A DNA stretch of 64,000 bases from Anaerolineaceae bacterium (GTDB taxonomy: Bacteria; Chloroflexota; Anaerolineae; Anaerolineales; Anaerolineaceae): assembly GCA_034434155.1 (NCBI GenBank), contig DAOUAC010000033.1:15217-79216 (forward strand), in the 5' to 3' direction. Under the pieces are notes generated by a model that worked only from the letters and a program-made list of their open reading frames with translations, did not search any database and had not been told where the DNA came from. Shown here piece after piece: positions 24,772 to 33,772 of this stretch. How positions within the stretch are numbered: the stretch's first letter is position 1; the number at the start of each line of letters is the position of its first letter. Both the position numbers and the translations under genes were made by a program.

Positions 24772-25278
24772 TTATGCCACGATCTGATTGGATAATAAAG
24801 GTCGGATTTCATAGCGTATAAAATCGCCGTTGCGGTAGACAAAGTGATACCCCTGCGGCGGATCGGGCGGGATGGTAAGGATGCGCGGCCCAACAATATG
24901 CAGGTTCGAGACCACCTCGCGCGCCGAAAACATCCATGCCAGCGGCTTCCAGGCCAGTTCTCCCTCACTGCACACGCCTGGTTCGCCGTCTGGGGCCGGA
25001 GCTGTAAACAGGTACAGCCCGCCGGGGGGCGTCTCAAAGCCTTCCCAGGTCAACACGCCAGCGTAGCGCGCTCCCGTCAGGTGATACCCCGTTTCCTCGC
25101 GCACCTCGCGCAGCACGCTTGCCAGCGGCACTTCGCCCGGCTCAATGCGCCCCCCTACCCCATTCCACAGCCCCCGGTTGGGCGGGTTGCGGCGGCGCAG
25201 CAGCAACACCTCTTCTCCGCGCGTCAGAAAACACAGGGTATAACGAATGATCAAGTGGTCTGAAGTCATCATCTCCAT
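24772..25278 (-). CDS. NUDIX hydrolase
   Basis: Nudix box GGRIEPGEVPLASVLREVREETG. Confidence 0.85.
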   Translation of the reverse strand: MEMMTSDHLIIRYTLCFLTRGEEVLLLRRRNPPNRGLWNGVGGRIEPGEVPLASVLREVREETGYHLTGARYAGVLTWEGFETPPGGLYLFTAPAPDGEPGVCSEGELAWKPLAWMFSAREVVSNLHIVGPRILTIPPDPPQGYHFVYRNGDFIRYEIRPLLSNQIVA

Positions 25279-25314
25279 ATCTTAACCGATCTCCCAATCG
25301 AGTACAATATACGC

Positions 25315-28032
25315 ATGATCGCCATCATCCTGACCCACGAACAGGCCGATTTCGATGCACTGGGAGCCGCACTGGGCGCACACCTGATGGATGAAAAATC
25401 CATCCCGGTAGCGCCGCGCCGTATGAACCGCAATGTACGCGCCTTCCTCACCCTTTACGGGGCGGAACTGCCCTTTGTAGACCCCCGCGACCTGCCGCCA
25501 GAGCCGATTGGAACCGTTACCCTGGTGGATACGCAGTCGCTGGTCACGTTAAAGGGCATGAGCCAAAAGACGGCCATTCAGGTGGTAGATCATCACGCCC
25601 TGCGTTCTGACCTGCCCGATAACTGGAATGTGACCATTGACCCGGTAGGGGCCTGTACCACGCTGTTTGTAGAAGGCCTGCGCGAACATAATGGGGTATT
25701 AAACCCCATCCACGCCACCCTTTTGATGCTGGGAATTTACGAAGACACCGGCTCGCTCACCTACACCAACACCACCGCACGCGACGTGCGCGCCGCCGCG
25801 TACCTGCTGGAACAGGGAGCCAGCCTGCAAATCATCTCGCGCTACCTCAACCCGCCGCTCTCTGATGAGCAGCGCCAGGTCTACGACCGGCTGCTCTCGT
25901 CGGCCCACCGGTTGACGATCCACGGCCATAACATTTTGGTGGCCATCGCCAACGCCGAGGATTTAAACGACGAAATCTCCACCATTGCCCATAAACTGCG
26001 CGACCTGCTCGACCCCGATGCGCTCTTCTTGCTGGTACGCACCGTTGAAGGCATCCGCCTGGTGGCCCGTTCCGTCACCGACGCGGTGGACGTAGCCGAG
26101 ATAGCCGAACAGTTAGGCGGCGGCGGGCATGGGCGCGCCGCGGCGGCGCTGATCCGCGTCAGCGAAACCACCGGCCCGGATGGGCAGGTGATGGCCCGCC
26201 CCACCCTCGAAGAAATCTACCAACGATTGTTAGATCTGCTGCCCCGGCACGTCCACCCCTCGGCCACGGTGCGCCAGATGATGTCTCCGCACCCTCTGGT
26301 ACTGACCCCCGATACCCCCGCCGAAACCGCTCACCGCCTGATGCAGCGCTACGGGTACGAAGGCTACCCGGTCGTGGCAAACGGCAAGGTGGTGGGCCTG
26401 CTCACCCGCCGCGCGGTAGACCGCGCCATCGCCCACCGCCTGAACCTGCCGGCCTCCAGCCTGATGGAAGCAGGCGAAGTGACCGTAAAGCCTTCAGATT
26501 CTATTGAACACCTGCGGCGCGTGATGATCGATTCCGGCTGGGGACAGGTTCCAGTGGTTGACCCCGACACGGGCCAAGTGATCGGCATTGTGACCCGCAC
26601 CGATTTGCTCAAACACATGGCCGGCGGCGCGCCCCTGCCGGGGCGGCAGAATCTGGCCCCGCGCCTCGAAGCCGCCCTGCCGCCCGCCCGCCTGGCGCTC
26701 TTGAAGACCGTGGCGAGCGTGGCCCACGAACACCGCACCGCTGTATATGTGGTAGGCGGGTTTGTGCGCGATTTACTGCTCGACCGTCCCAGCCTGGATT
26801 TTGACGTAGTGGTCGAAGGCGACGCCATTGCCCTGGCGCGCGCCCTGGTGAAAAAATACGGCGGGCGCGTGCAGGGTCACAGCCGCTTTGGCACGGCCAA
26901 GTGGAGCATCGCCGCCGACCGCGAGCGCCTGGCCGCGCAGATAGCCCCACCCGGCGCGGCGCTTAACCCCGCTGACCTGCCCGACAGCCTGGACCTGATC
27001 AGCGCCCGCACCGAATTTTATGATTACCCTACCGCCCTGCCCACCGTGGAACGCAGTAACATCAAGCTCGACCTGCACCGCCGCGATTTCACCATCAACA
27101 CTATGGCCCTGCGGCTGGATGGCCGTCACTATGGGGAATTGTACGATTATTGGGGCGGACTGCGCGACCTGCGCCGCGGGCTGATCCGCGTACTGCATTC
27201 CCTTTCGTTTGTAGATGACCCCACCCGCCTGATGCGCGCCGTGCGCTTTGAGCAGCGTTTTGGCTTCGAGATAGAAGAACGTACCCGCCAACTGATGGCC
27301 GAAGCCCGCCCTCTGGTGCGTCAGGTTTCGGGGGACCGCCTGCGCCACGAGTTCAACCTCATTCTGGCCGAACAGCAGCCCCAGCCCGTGCTGGCCCGCC
27401 TGGCAGAGCTGGATCTGCTCAGCGCCGTTCATCCCGCCCTCACCTGGCCGGCCCGCATGAACGCGATCCTCGAAACGATCCTGCACGGCGAAATCCCCCC
27501 CGAATGGCCGCTGCCAGAAAAGATCGGCAACCTGAGCATCCGTCAGGCGCTGGCGTACCTGGTGTGGTTTCTGCACTACCCGCCAGAAGAAGCCCGCGCC
27601 ATTGGCTTGCGGCTGCGCATGCCCGGTGACCTGCTCAACAACCTGGAAGCCGCCGCGCGGCTGCGTGAGGAAATCCCCACCCTGTTGAACGCGCGTCCGA
27701 GCCAGATCACCGCCCGGCTGGATCAGGTCCCTATGCCGGCCCTCTACGGCCTTTTCCTGTTCAGCGAAGACGCGGCTACGCGCGATCTTCTGGAGCGCTA
27801 CGTGCATACCTGGCGCAAAATCCACCCACTCACCGATGGCAACGTCCTGCGCGCGCTCAAACTACCGCCAGGGCCGCACTACCGCGCCATCCTGGGGGCC
27901 CTGCGCGGCGCCTGGCTGGATGGAACAATTCACTCCCCAGAAGAAGAACAGGCTTTGCTAACGCGGCTGGTGCAAGAGGCGCGCGAAGCTCAGGCGGCCC
28001 AACCCTCTGAACAGGAGCGTGACCGGCCATGA
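25315..28032 (+). CDS. Fusion protein: DHH/DHHA1 phosphoesterase + CBS pair + tRNA nucleotidyltransferase/poly(A) polymerase family
   Basis: DHH (VVDHHAL), DHHA1 (GGGGHGRAAA), two CBS modules, then GGFVRDLLL...DFDVVV and RDFTINTMA head-domain motifs of CCA-adding/poly(A) polymerases. Confidence 0.9.
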   Translation: MIAIILTHEQADFDALGAALGAHLMDEKSIPVAPRRMNRNVRAFLTLYGAELPFVDPRDLPPEPIGTVTLVDTQSLVTLKGMSQKTAIQVVDHHALRSDLPDNWNVTIDPVGACTTLFVEGLREHNGVLNPIHATLLMLGIYEDTGSLTYTNTTARDVRAAAYLLEQGASLQIISRYLNPPLSDEQRQVYDRLLSSAHRLTIHGHNILVAIANAEDLNDEISTIAHKLRDLLDPDALFLLVRTVEGIRLVARSVTDAVDVAEIAEQLGGGGHGRAAAALIRVSETTGPDGQVMARPTLEEIYQRLLDLLPRHVHPSATVRQMMSPHPLVLTPDTPAETAHRLMQRYGYEGYPVVANGKVVGLLTRRAVDRAIAHRLNLPASSLMEAGEVTVKPSDSIEHLRRVMIDSGWGQVPVVDPDTGQVIGIVTRTDLLKHMAGGAPLPGRQNLAPRLEAALPPARLALLKTVASVAHEHRTAVYVVGGFVRDLLLDRPSLDFDVVVEGDAIALARALVKKYGGRVQGHSRFGTAKWSIAADRERLAAQIAPPGAALNPADLPDSLDLISARTEFYDYPTALPTVERSNIKLDLHRRDFTINTMALRLDGRHYGELYDYWGGLRDLRRGLIRVLHSLSFVDDPTRLMRAVRFEQRFGFEIEERTRQLMAEARPLVRQVSGDRLRHEFNLILAEQQPQPVLARLAELDLLSAVHPALTWPARMNAILETILHGEIPPEWPLPEKIGNLSIRQALAYLVWFLHYPPEEARAIGLRLRMPGDLLNNLEAAARLREEIPTLLNARPSQITARLDQVPMPALYGLFLFSEDAATRDLLERYVHTWRKIHPLTDGNVLRALKLPPGPHYRAILGALRGAWLDGTIHSPEEEQALLTRLVQEAREAQAAQPSEQERDRP

Positions 28033-28562
28033 TCTTCCGCACCCAACCCCGCCAGGCGCAGTGGCTTCCGCGGGTGGTCATTCGCCTGTTACAGAAGAAA
28101 GATCTGCCGCAGTTAGAATGGGACGGGGAATACACTCACTTCCGCCGCGTCTACGCCGAAGCCTACGAGCGCATGCAGGCGGGGATGTCGGTCTTGTGGG
28201 TGGCAGAACTGGCTGGGGCCGGTATCATCGGCCAGGTGTTCATCCAACTCACCTGCGACCGCCCCGAACTGGCCGATGGCTCGACCCGCGCTTATCTCTA
28301 TTCCTTTCGGGTGCGCGCCCCCTACCGCGGCGGCGGCTTGGGAACGCGCATCTTGCAAACTGTAGAAAATGACCTGCGCGCCCGCCACTTCAAGCACGTT
28401 ACGCTCAACGTGGCGCGCGATAACGTGCGCGCCATCCGGCTTTATGAGCGCTGCGGCTACCACATTGTGGCCCCAGAACCGGGCGTTTGGTCTTACCAGG
28501 ATGAAAAAGGGGTCTGGCATTCGGTGGTCGAGCCGGCCTGGCGGATGGAAAAGCGGCTGTAA
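28029..28562 (+). CDS. GNAT-family N-acetyltransferase
   Basis: Acetyl-CoA motif RVRAPYRGGGLGTRIL. ATGA overlap with the upstream gene. Confidence 0.85.
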   Translation: MIFRTQPRQAQWLPRVVIRLLQKKDLPQLEWDGEYTHFRRVYAEAYERMQAGMSVLWVAELAGAGIIGQVFIQLTCDRPELADGSTRAYLYSFRVRAPYRGGGLGTRILQTVENDLRARHFKHVTLNVARDNVRAIRLYERCGYHIVAPEPGVWSYQDEKGVWHSVVEPAWRMEKRL

Positions 28563-29129
28563 TCACGGCTGCGCGAGTTGGTCAAACAACCCCTCGCCTT
28601 TTACGCCCTGATTCACCAATTCCTGAGCATGGATCAGTGGAAAAGAGGCCACCACCGCGCGCGAGGCATCTTGAAACTCCACTTCTACGCGCCCGGGTTT
28701 CCCCTCGCGCACCTGCGTAGATTGAAAATCGGCCAGGGCGAGGATAATTTGGGTCAGCCAATCGCCCAGGGCGCGGGCGTCAGAGACGTCTTCCACGCGC
28801 AAGATTAAGGAATAGTTGATTTCCTGCGGGGTAAAACTGACGATCCTGTTCGCGCCGCTGTCTACGCAGGTTTCGCCATATCCCGTAACGATGGCCTCCA
28901 CCTGTTCTAAAGCCGCGCGGCGCAAAACCCGGTTCACCTGATCGCTCAATTCGGGCATCCTCTGCTCGGACCACACGTAAGCGCACAGGCCTCGATATTC
29001 AGTAGGCGTAACGGTCGGCGTGGGTAGGGCGGGCGGCGCGGTAGACGTGGGCGGCAGGGGGGCAACAGCCGCGCACCCTGCCAGAAACAGGCCGAGCCAG
29101 ATAACAGCCAGAATTTTCCGGATCATCAT
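28563..29129 (-). CDS. Hypothetical lipoprotein
   Basis: MMIRKILAVIWLGLFLAGC lipobox followed by a P/T-rich linker. Start overlaps the methyltransferase stop (ATGATGA). Confidence 0.6.
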   Translation of the reverse strand: MMIRKILAVIWLGLFLAGCAAVAPLPPTSTAPPALPTPTVTPTEYRGLCAYVWSEQRMPELSDQVNRVLRRAALEQVEAIVTGYGETCVDSGANRIVSFTPQEINYSLILRVEDVSDARALGDWLTQIILALADFQSTQVREGKPGRVEVEFQDASRAVVASFPLIHAQELVNQGVKGEGLFDQLAQP

Positions 29130-29713
29130 TGTTTTTGGAACGTCATCCAGGCGGCCCGGCGGCCCCAACGATCCAGGCTGTCCGCGCGGTGGCGCAGAGC
29201 CAGGATGTCTTCCAGGGCGCGGGCGTCTTCTGGGGCCAATCCAAACCCACCGGGCTTCATTTCATCTACCAGGTGGGCGTAGAGCAGAAAATAACCACCC
29301 GGAGCCAGCCAGCGCAGCAGGTTACGGCGGTAGGCCGGGCGATCCGCCCAGGGAATGCCGTGATAACAGCCAATATCGAGAACCAGGTCAAAGGGACCGG
29401 TCAGCGCGCCCAGGTTCGTCACGTCACCGGCGATCACCCTGGCAGGGGCGGCTTCAGAAAGCCGGGCGGCTTCAGAAAGCCGCTTACGCGCCGCCCAAAC
29501 GGCCCGCAGGGCATAATCCACCCCCACCACCTGCCAGCCGGCCTGGAGCATCGTCACCAGGTTCACGCCCGTCCCACAACCCACATCCAGCGCGCGCCCA
29601 GGCGGATGCTCGCGCAGGAAGGCTAACAGTTCTGGCGGGCTAACGCCCGTATCCCAGGGGGGACGGCCAAAATACTTGACATTAAAAAAGATCCATCTCA
29701 GCCAGCGCCTCAT
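29126..29713 (-). CDS. Class I SAM-dependent methyltransferase
   Basis: Motif I ALDVGCGTGVN; length 195 aa. Confidence 0.85.
   Translation of the reverse strand: MRRWLRWIFFNVKYFGRPPWDTGVSPPELLAFLREHPPGRALDVGCGTGVNLVTMLQAGWQVVGVDYALRAVWAARKRLSEAARLSEAAPARVIAGDVTNLGALTGPFDLVLDIGCYHGIPWADRPAYRRNLLRWLAPGGYFLLYAHLVDEMKPGGFGLAPEDARALEDILALRHRADSLDRWGRRAAWMTFQKQ
29447..29482. repeat. Perfect 18-bp tandem duplication inside the methyltransferase CDS
   Basis: ggcggcttcagaaagccg occurs twice head-to-tail, encoding RLSEAA-RLSEAA in frame. Confidence 0.9.
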
Positions 29714-29742
29714 AGGCTTGATGATATTTCAGTTCATGACCT

Positions 29743-29771
29743 TTGACAAGATTGCCATCCTACTTTAAAAT
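29743..29771 (+). promoter_or_regulatory. Sigma-70-type promoter upstream of the EF-G paralog
   Basis: TTGACA (29743-29748), 17-nt spacer, TAAAAT (29766-29771), about 45 nt before the start codon. Confidence 0.55.
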
Positions 29772-29815
29772 ATACGCTCAGTATAAAAAAAGCTCGGTAA
29801 AGAAGGGTCCCATTC

Positions 29816-31879
29816 ATGAAAGAATATAGTGCTGAGGCTATTCGAAACGTAGCGCTCGTATCGCACGGAGGCGCTGGCAAAACCATGCTCACCGAAGCGT
29901 TCCTCTATCATACCGGCGCCACAACCCGCATGGGCAAGGTTGAAGATGGAACCACTACGTCGGATTTCGATGAAGAAGAGATCCGCCGCGGCATTTCACT
30001 GTATACATCGGTGATTCCGATTGAATACAAAGACACCAAGATTAATTTCCTGGATACCCCTGGGTTCCTGGATTTTATCGGTGAGGTGATCTCCGCTTTG
30101 CGCGTGGCCGACAGCGCCATCGTCCTGGTCGACTCGGTGGCGGGCGTAGAAGTCGGTACCGAAATCACCTGGCAGTACTGCGACAAATTCTCGCTGCCCC
30201 GCATGGTGGTGATCAACAAGATGGACCGCGACAACGCCAACTTCCAGAAGGCGTTAGCATCGGTGCAGAACTTTTCCTCCATCCGAATGATCCCGGTGCA
30301 GTTGCCTTGGGGTGAAAAACAGGGTTTCCAGGGCGTGATTGACCTGCTGACGATGAAAGCCTACAAGGGCGAAGGCAAGACGGCCGTCGAAATCCCCGCG
30401 GAATACCGGAGCGAAGCCGAAACCGCCCGCCAGGCGCTGATCGAAGCCGCAGCCGAAGGCGAAGATGCCCTGTTAGAGAAGTACCTCGAAAGCGGCGAAT
30501 TAACCCCTGATGAGATCATTCGCGGGCTGCGCGCTGTGATCGCCAACTGCAGCTTCATTCCGGTCTTTGTGGCCGCGGGCAGTGCTGGCATTGGCGTCAT
30601 CCCTCTGCTGGATGCCGTCGTCAACTTACTGCCGTCGCCTGCGCAGATTCCCCCGGTCGTGGCGATGGGCAAGAGCGGCGAAGTCACCCTCGAAGCCAAA
30701 GACTCTGGCCCTCTGGCCGCTTACGTCTGGAAAACCACAGCCGACCCCTTTGTGGGCAAGCAGACTTTCTTCCGCGTTTATTCGGGAACTATCAGCGCCG
30801 ATACGCGCGTGTGGAACCAGAACAAAGGCATTGAAGAGCGCCTGGGAACCATTTACGTAATGCGCGGCAAAGAAACCATGCCCGCCAAAGTCATCCACGC
30901 TGGCGATTTTGGCACGGTTCCGAAGCTGTCAGAAACCTCTACCGGCAACACCCTGACCGACCGCGCCAACCCCTTAACCCTGCCAGAACCGCAGTACCCC
31001 GGCGCGCTCTTCCAGGTGGCCGTCAACCCGCGCACTCAGGCCGACTCTGCCAAAGTTTCTTCCACCCTCACCCGCCTGTGCGAAGAAGATCGCACCCTCT
31101 CGTGGCACATGGAGCCGGCTACCAACCAGACGATCTTACAGGGCATGGGCGACCAGCACATTGATGTCGCCATCCGCCGGGCTGAAACCAAATTCCAGAC
31201 CGGCCTGGTCATCGAAGAACCGCGCGTGCCGTACCGCGAAGCCATCACCAAGAAGGGTCAGGCCATGTACCGCCACAAGAAACAGACCGGCGGTTCGGGC
31301 CAGTTCGGCGAAGTGCATCTGCGCATCGAGCCGTTAGAAGGGGCAGAGTTTGAGTTCGTCAACGATGTGTTCGGCGGCGCGATTTCTTCCAGCTATATGC
31401 CCGCGATTGAAAAGGGCATCCGCGCGGTGATGAAAGAAGGCGTGCTGGCAGGCTACCCGATCTCGAACATCAAGGTTTCGGTCTACGACGGCAAGGAACA
31501 CCCGGTGGACTCTAAACCCATCGCTTTTGAAATCGCCGGGCGCGAAGCCTTCAAACTGGCCTTCCACGACGCTGGCCCGGTGCTGTACGAGCCGATCATG
31601 AATGTGCAGATCACCGTACCCGAAGAGAACATGGGCGACGTGATGGGCGATTTGAATACGCGGCGCGCCCGCGTGCAGGGCATGAGCACCGACCGCGGCA
31701 TTTCGGTGATCACCGCCCACGTCCCCCTCTCGGAGATGCTGCGCTACACCACCCAACTCCGCTCGATGACTGGCGGGCGCGGCTTCTTCAGCATGGAATT
31801 CGACCACTACGATATTCTCCCGGCGCACCTGGCCCAAGAGGTCATCGCCGCCCGGCAGAAGGAAAAGAAAGAAGAATAA
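29816..31879 (+). CDS. Elongation factor G paralog (EF-G2-like GTPase)
   Basis: GTPase motifs SHGGAGKT, DTPGF, NKMD plus EF-G domains II-V. It is not located in an rpsL-rpsG-fusA-tuf context. Confidence 0.88.
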   Translation: MKEYSAEAIRNVALVSHGGAGKTMLTEAFLYHTGATTRMGKVEDGTTTSDFDEEEIRRGISLYTSVIPIEYKDTKINFLDTPGFLDFIGEVISALRVADSAIVLVDSVAGVEVGTEITWQYCDKFSLPRMVVINKMDRDNANFQKALASVQNFSSIRMIPVQLPWGEKQGFQGVIDLLTMKAYKGEGKTAVEIPAEYRSEAETARQALIEAAAEGEDALLEKYLESGELTPDEIIRGLRAVIANCSFIPVFVAAGSAGIGVIPLLDAVVNLLPSPAQIPPVVAMGKSGEVTLEAKDSGPLAAYVWKTTADPFVGKQTFFRVYSGTISADTRVWNQNKGIEERLGTIYVMRGKETMPAKVIHAGDFGTVPKLSETSTGNTLTDRANPLTLPEPQYPGALFQVAVNPRTQADSAKVSSTLTRLCEEDRTLSWHMEPATNQTILQGMGDQHIDVAIRRAETKFQTGLVIEEPRVPYREAITKKGQAMYRHKKQTGGSGQFGEVHLRIEPLEGAEFEFVNDVFGGAISSSYMPAIEKGIRAVMKEGVLAGYPISNIKVSVYDGKEHPVDSKPIAFEIAGREAFKLAFHDAGPVLYEPIMNVQITVPEENMGDVMGDLNTRRARVQGMSTDRGISVITAHVPLSEMLRYTTQLRSMTGGRGFFSMEFDHYDILPAHLAQEVIAARQKEKKEE

Positions 31880-31894
31880 GATCGTTTACTCTAC

Positions 31895-31932
31895 CCCCCT
31901 TTCTACCCCACCGGGCAGAAAGGGGGTTTTTT
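31895..31932 (+). terminator. Intrinsic terminator after the EF-G paralog
   Basis: 10-bp stem ccccctttct/agaaaggggg followed by TTTTTT. Confidence 0.8.
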
Positions 31933-31966
31933 AATTTGGCATCCACAGGTATAATTCACACTCGCT

Positions 31967-32272
31967 ATGGATATCCACGAACTCACCCAGGCCATGCACC
32001 GCTTTGTCGCCTCGAAAGGCTGGTACGCGCCAGACAGCAAGCGGCCGCAAACCCCGCGCAACATTGCGGTATCGCTCGCGCTAGAAGCCGCCGAAGTGCT
32101 GGAGCATTTTCAATGGGGCGAGCAAACCACCCATCCCGAAGAACTGGCCGGCGAGCTGGCCGATGTAGCCCTCTACCTGTTACAGCTTGCCAGCATTGCG
32201 GGCATTGATCTTGAGCAGGCGATTCTGGAAAAACTCCGCGCCAACCAGGGCCGCACCTGGGATCAGGCCTGA
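31967..32272 (+). CDS. MazG-like nucleotide pyrophosphohydrolase
   Basis: EAAEVLEHFQW and ELADVALYLLQLA helices typical of the small all-alpha MazG/dCTPase family. Confidence 0.8.
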   Translation: MDIHELTQAMHRFVASKGWYAPDSKRPQTPRNIAVSLALEAAEVLEHFQWGEQTTHPEELAGELADVALYLLQLASIAGIDLEQAILEKLRANQGRTWDQA

Positions 32273-32296
32273 CACCCCACCCATTTAGAGGATTGA

Positions 32297-33730
32297 ATGA
32301 GCGACGAGAAACTCCCATCACAGAGCGAAAATTTTTCAGAATGGTATAACCAGATCGTCCAACGGGCCGAACTGGCCGATTACGCCCCCGTGCGCGGCTG
32401 TATGGTCGTCCGCCCGTATGGCTGGGCTTTATGGGAAAATATTCAATCTGCCCTGGATAGGCGTTTTAAAGCCACCGGCCACGTCAACGCCGCCTTCCCG
32501 CTGTTGATCCCCATGTCGTTCTTGCAAAAAGAGAAGGAACATGTTGAGGGTTTTTCGCCAGAACTGGCCGTGGTGACGCACGGGGGCGGCGAAGAGTTGG
32601 AAGAACCGCTGGTGGTGCGCCCAACCTCTGAAACCATCATCGGTTCGATGTATTCTAAATGGGTCAAATCGTACCGCGATCTGCCGATTTTAATTAACCA
32701 GTGGGGCAACGTAGTACGTTGGGAAATGCGCACCCGCCTGTTCCTGCGCACCCTCGAATTTTACTGGCAGGAAGGCCATACCGCCCACGCTACCGCCGAT
32801 GAGGCCCTCGAAGAGACCATCCGGATGCTTAACATCTACACCGACTTTGCGCTCAACGAAGCCGCTGTTCCAGTGATCCCTGGGCGCAAGAGTCAGGCCG
32901 AAAAGTTCGCCGGGGCGGTCAATTCGTATACCATCGAGGCGATGATGCGCGACACGCGCGCCTTGCAGTCGGGGACCTCGCATTTCCTGGGTCAGAATTT
33001 CGCCAAAGCCTTTGAAATCCGCTACCTCGATCCTTCCAACGAACTGCAGTATGCCTGGACGACCTCTTGGGGCCTATCCACGCGCTTTATCGGAGCCATC
33101 ATTATGACGCACGGCGATGACCAGGGCCTGATTCTGCCGCCGCGCCTGGCTCCCATCCAACTGGTGATCGTCCCCATCTTCCGCGACGATGCCGAAAAAT
33201 CACAGGTGATGCCCGTAGTGGAGCGGTTAAAGAATGAACTCAGCGCCTTTCGCCTGAAAGTGGACGACCGCGAAAACCTCACGCCGGGCTACAAGTTCAA
33301 CGATTGGGAAATGCGCGGCGTGCCGCTGCGCATTGAGATCGGGCCGAAAGACGTGCAGAAAGGCACGGTAGCTCTGGCGCGCCGCGACCGCCCTGGCAAA
33401 GCAGGCAAAGCGTTCGTCTCGCAGGAAAACCTGGCCGCGCAGATTGCCGACCTGCTGGTAGACATTCACGCCAGCATGTTAGCGCGCGCCACGGCCTACC
33501 GCGACGCCAACATCCACGACCCTCAAGACTACGAAGAACTGAAAGCCGTGGTCGCCAACGGATGGGCCTTCTCGTGGTGGTGCGGTAACCCGGCCTGCGA
33601 AGCCAAAGTAAAAGAAGAAACCAAAGCCACCACGCGCTGCATCCCCCTGGAACAGCCCGGCGGCAGCGGCCCGTGCATCGTGTGCGGCGAGCAGGCAACC
33701 GAAAAGGTGTACTTCGCCCGCGCCTATTAA
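32297..33730 (+). CDS. proS: Proline--tRNA ligase (archaeal/eukaryotic-like type)
   Basis: NFSEWYNQIVQRAELADY N-terminus, class II core, C-terminal zinc domain ending CIVCG...YFARAY. Confidence 0.95.
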   Translation: MSDEKLPSQSENFSEWYNQIVQRAELADYAPVRGCMVVRPYGWALWENIQSALDRRFKATGHVNAAFPLLIPMSFLQKEKEHVEGFSPELAVVTHGGGEELEEPLVVRPTSETIIGSMYSKWVKSYRDLPILINQWGNVVRWEMRTRLFLRTLEFYWQEGHTAHATADEALEETIRMLNIYTDFALNEAAVPVIPGRKSQAEKFAGAVNSYTIEAMMRDTRALQSGTSHFLGQNFAKAFEIRYLDPSNELQYAWTTSWGLSTRFIGAIIMTHGDDQGLILPPRLAPIQLVIVPIFRDDAEKSQVMPVVERLKNELSAFRLKVDDRENLTPGYKFNDWEMRGVPLRIEIGPKDVQKGTVALARRDRPGKAGKAFVSQENLAAQIADLLVDIHASMLARATAYRDANIHDPQDYEELKAVVANGWAFSWWCGNPACEAKVKEETKATTRCIPLEQPGGSGPCIVCGEQATEKVYFARAY

Positions 33731-33772
33731 GCGCATGGCAACGGTTGGCGCGCAGTGAAAAGGATGGGATGA

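Noticed and set aside
26773-27825. 350-aa ORF on the minus strand.
   Set aside because: It is fully antisense to the DHH-CBS-CCA gene, which has clear catalytic motifs. Its composition is R/G/A/Q-rich and lacks motifs. It is a typical high-GC shadow ORF.
29020-29643. Plus-strand ORFs of 207 and 165 aa.
   Set aside because: They are antisense to the SAM methyltransferase and the lipoprotein gene. Their composition is Pro/Arg/Gly-rich.
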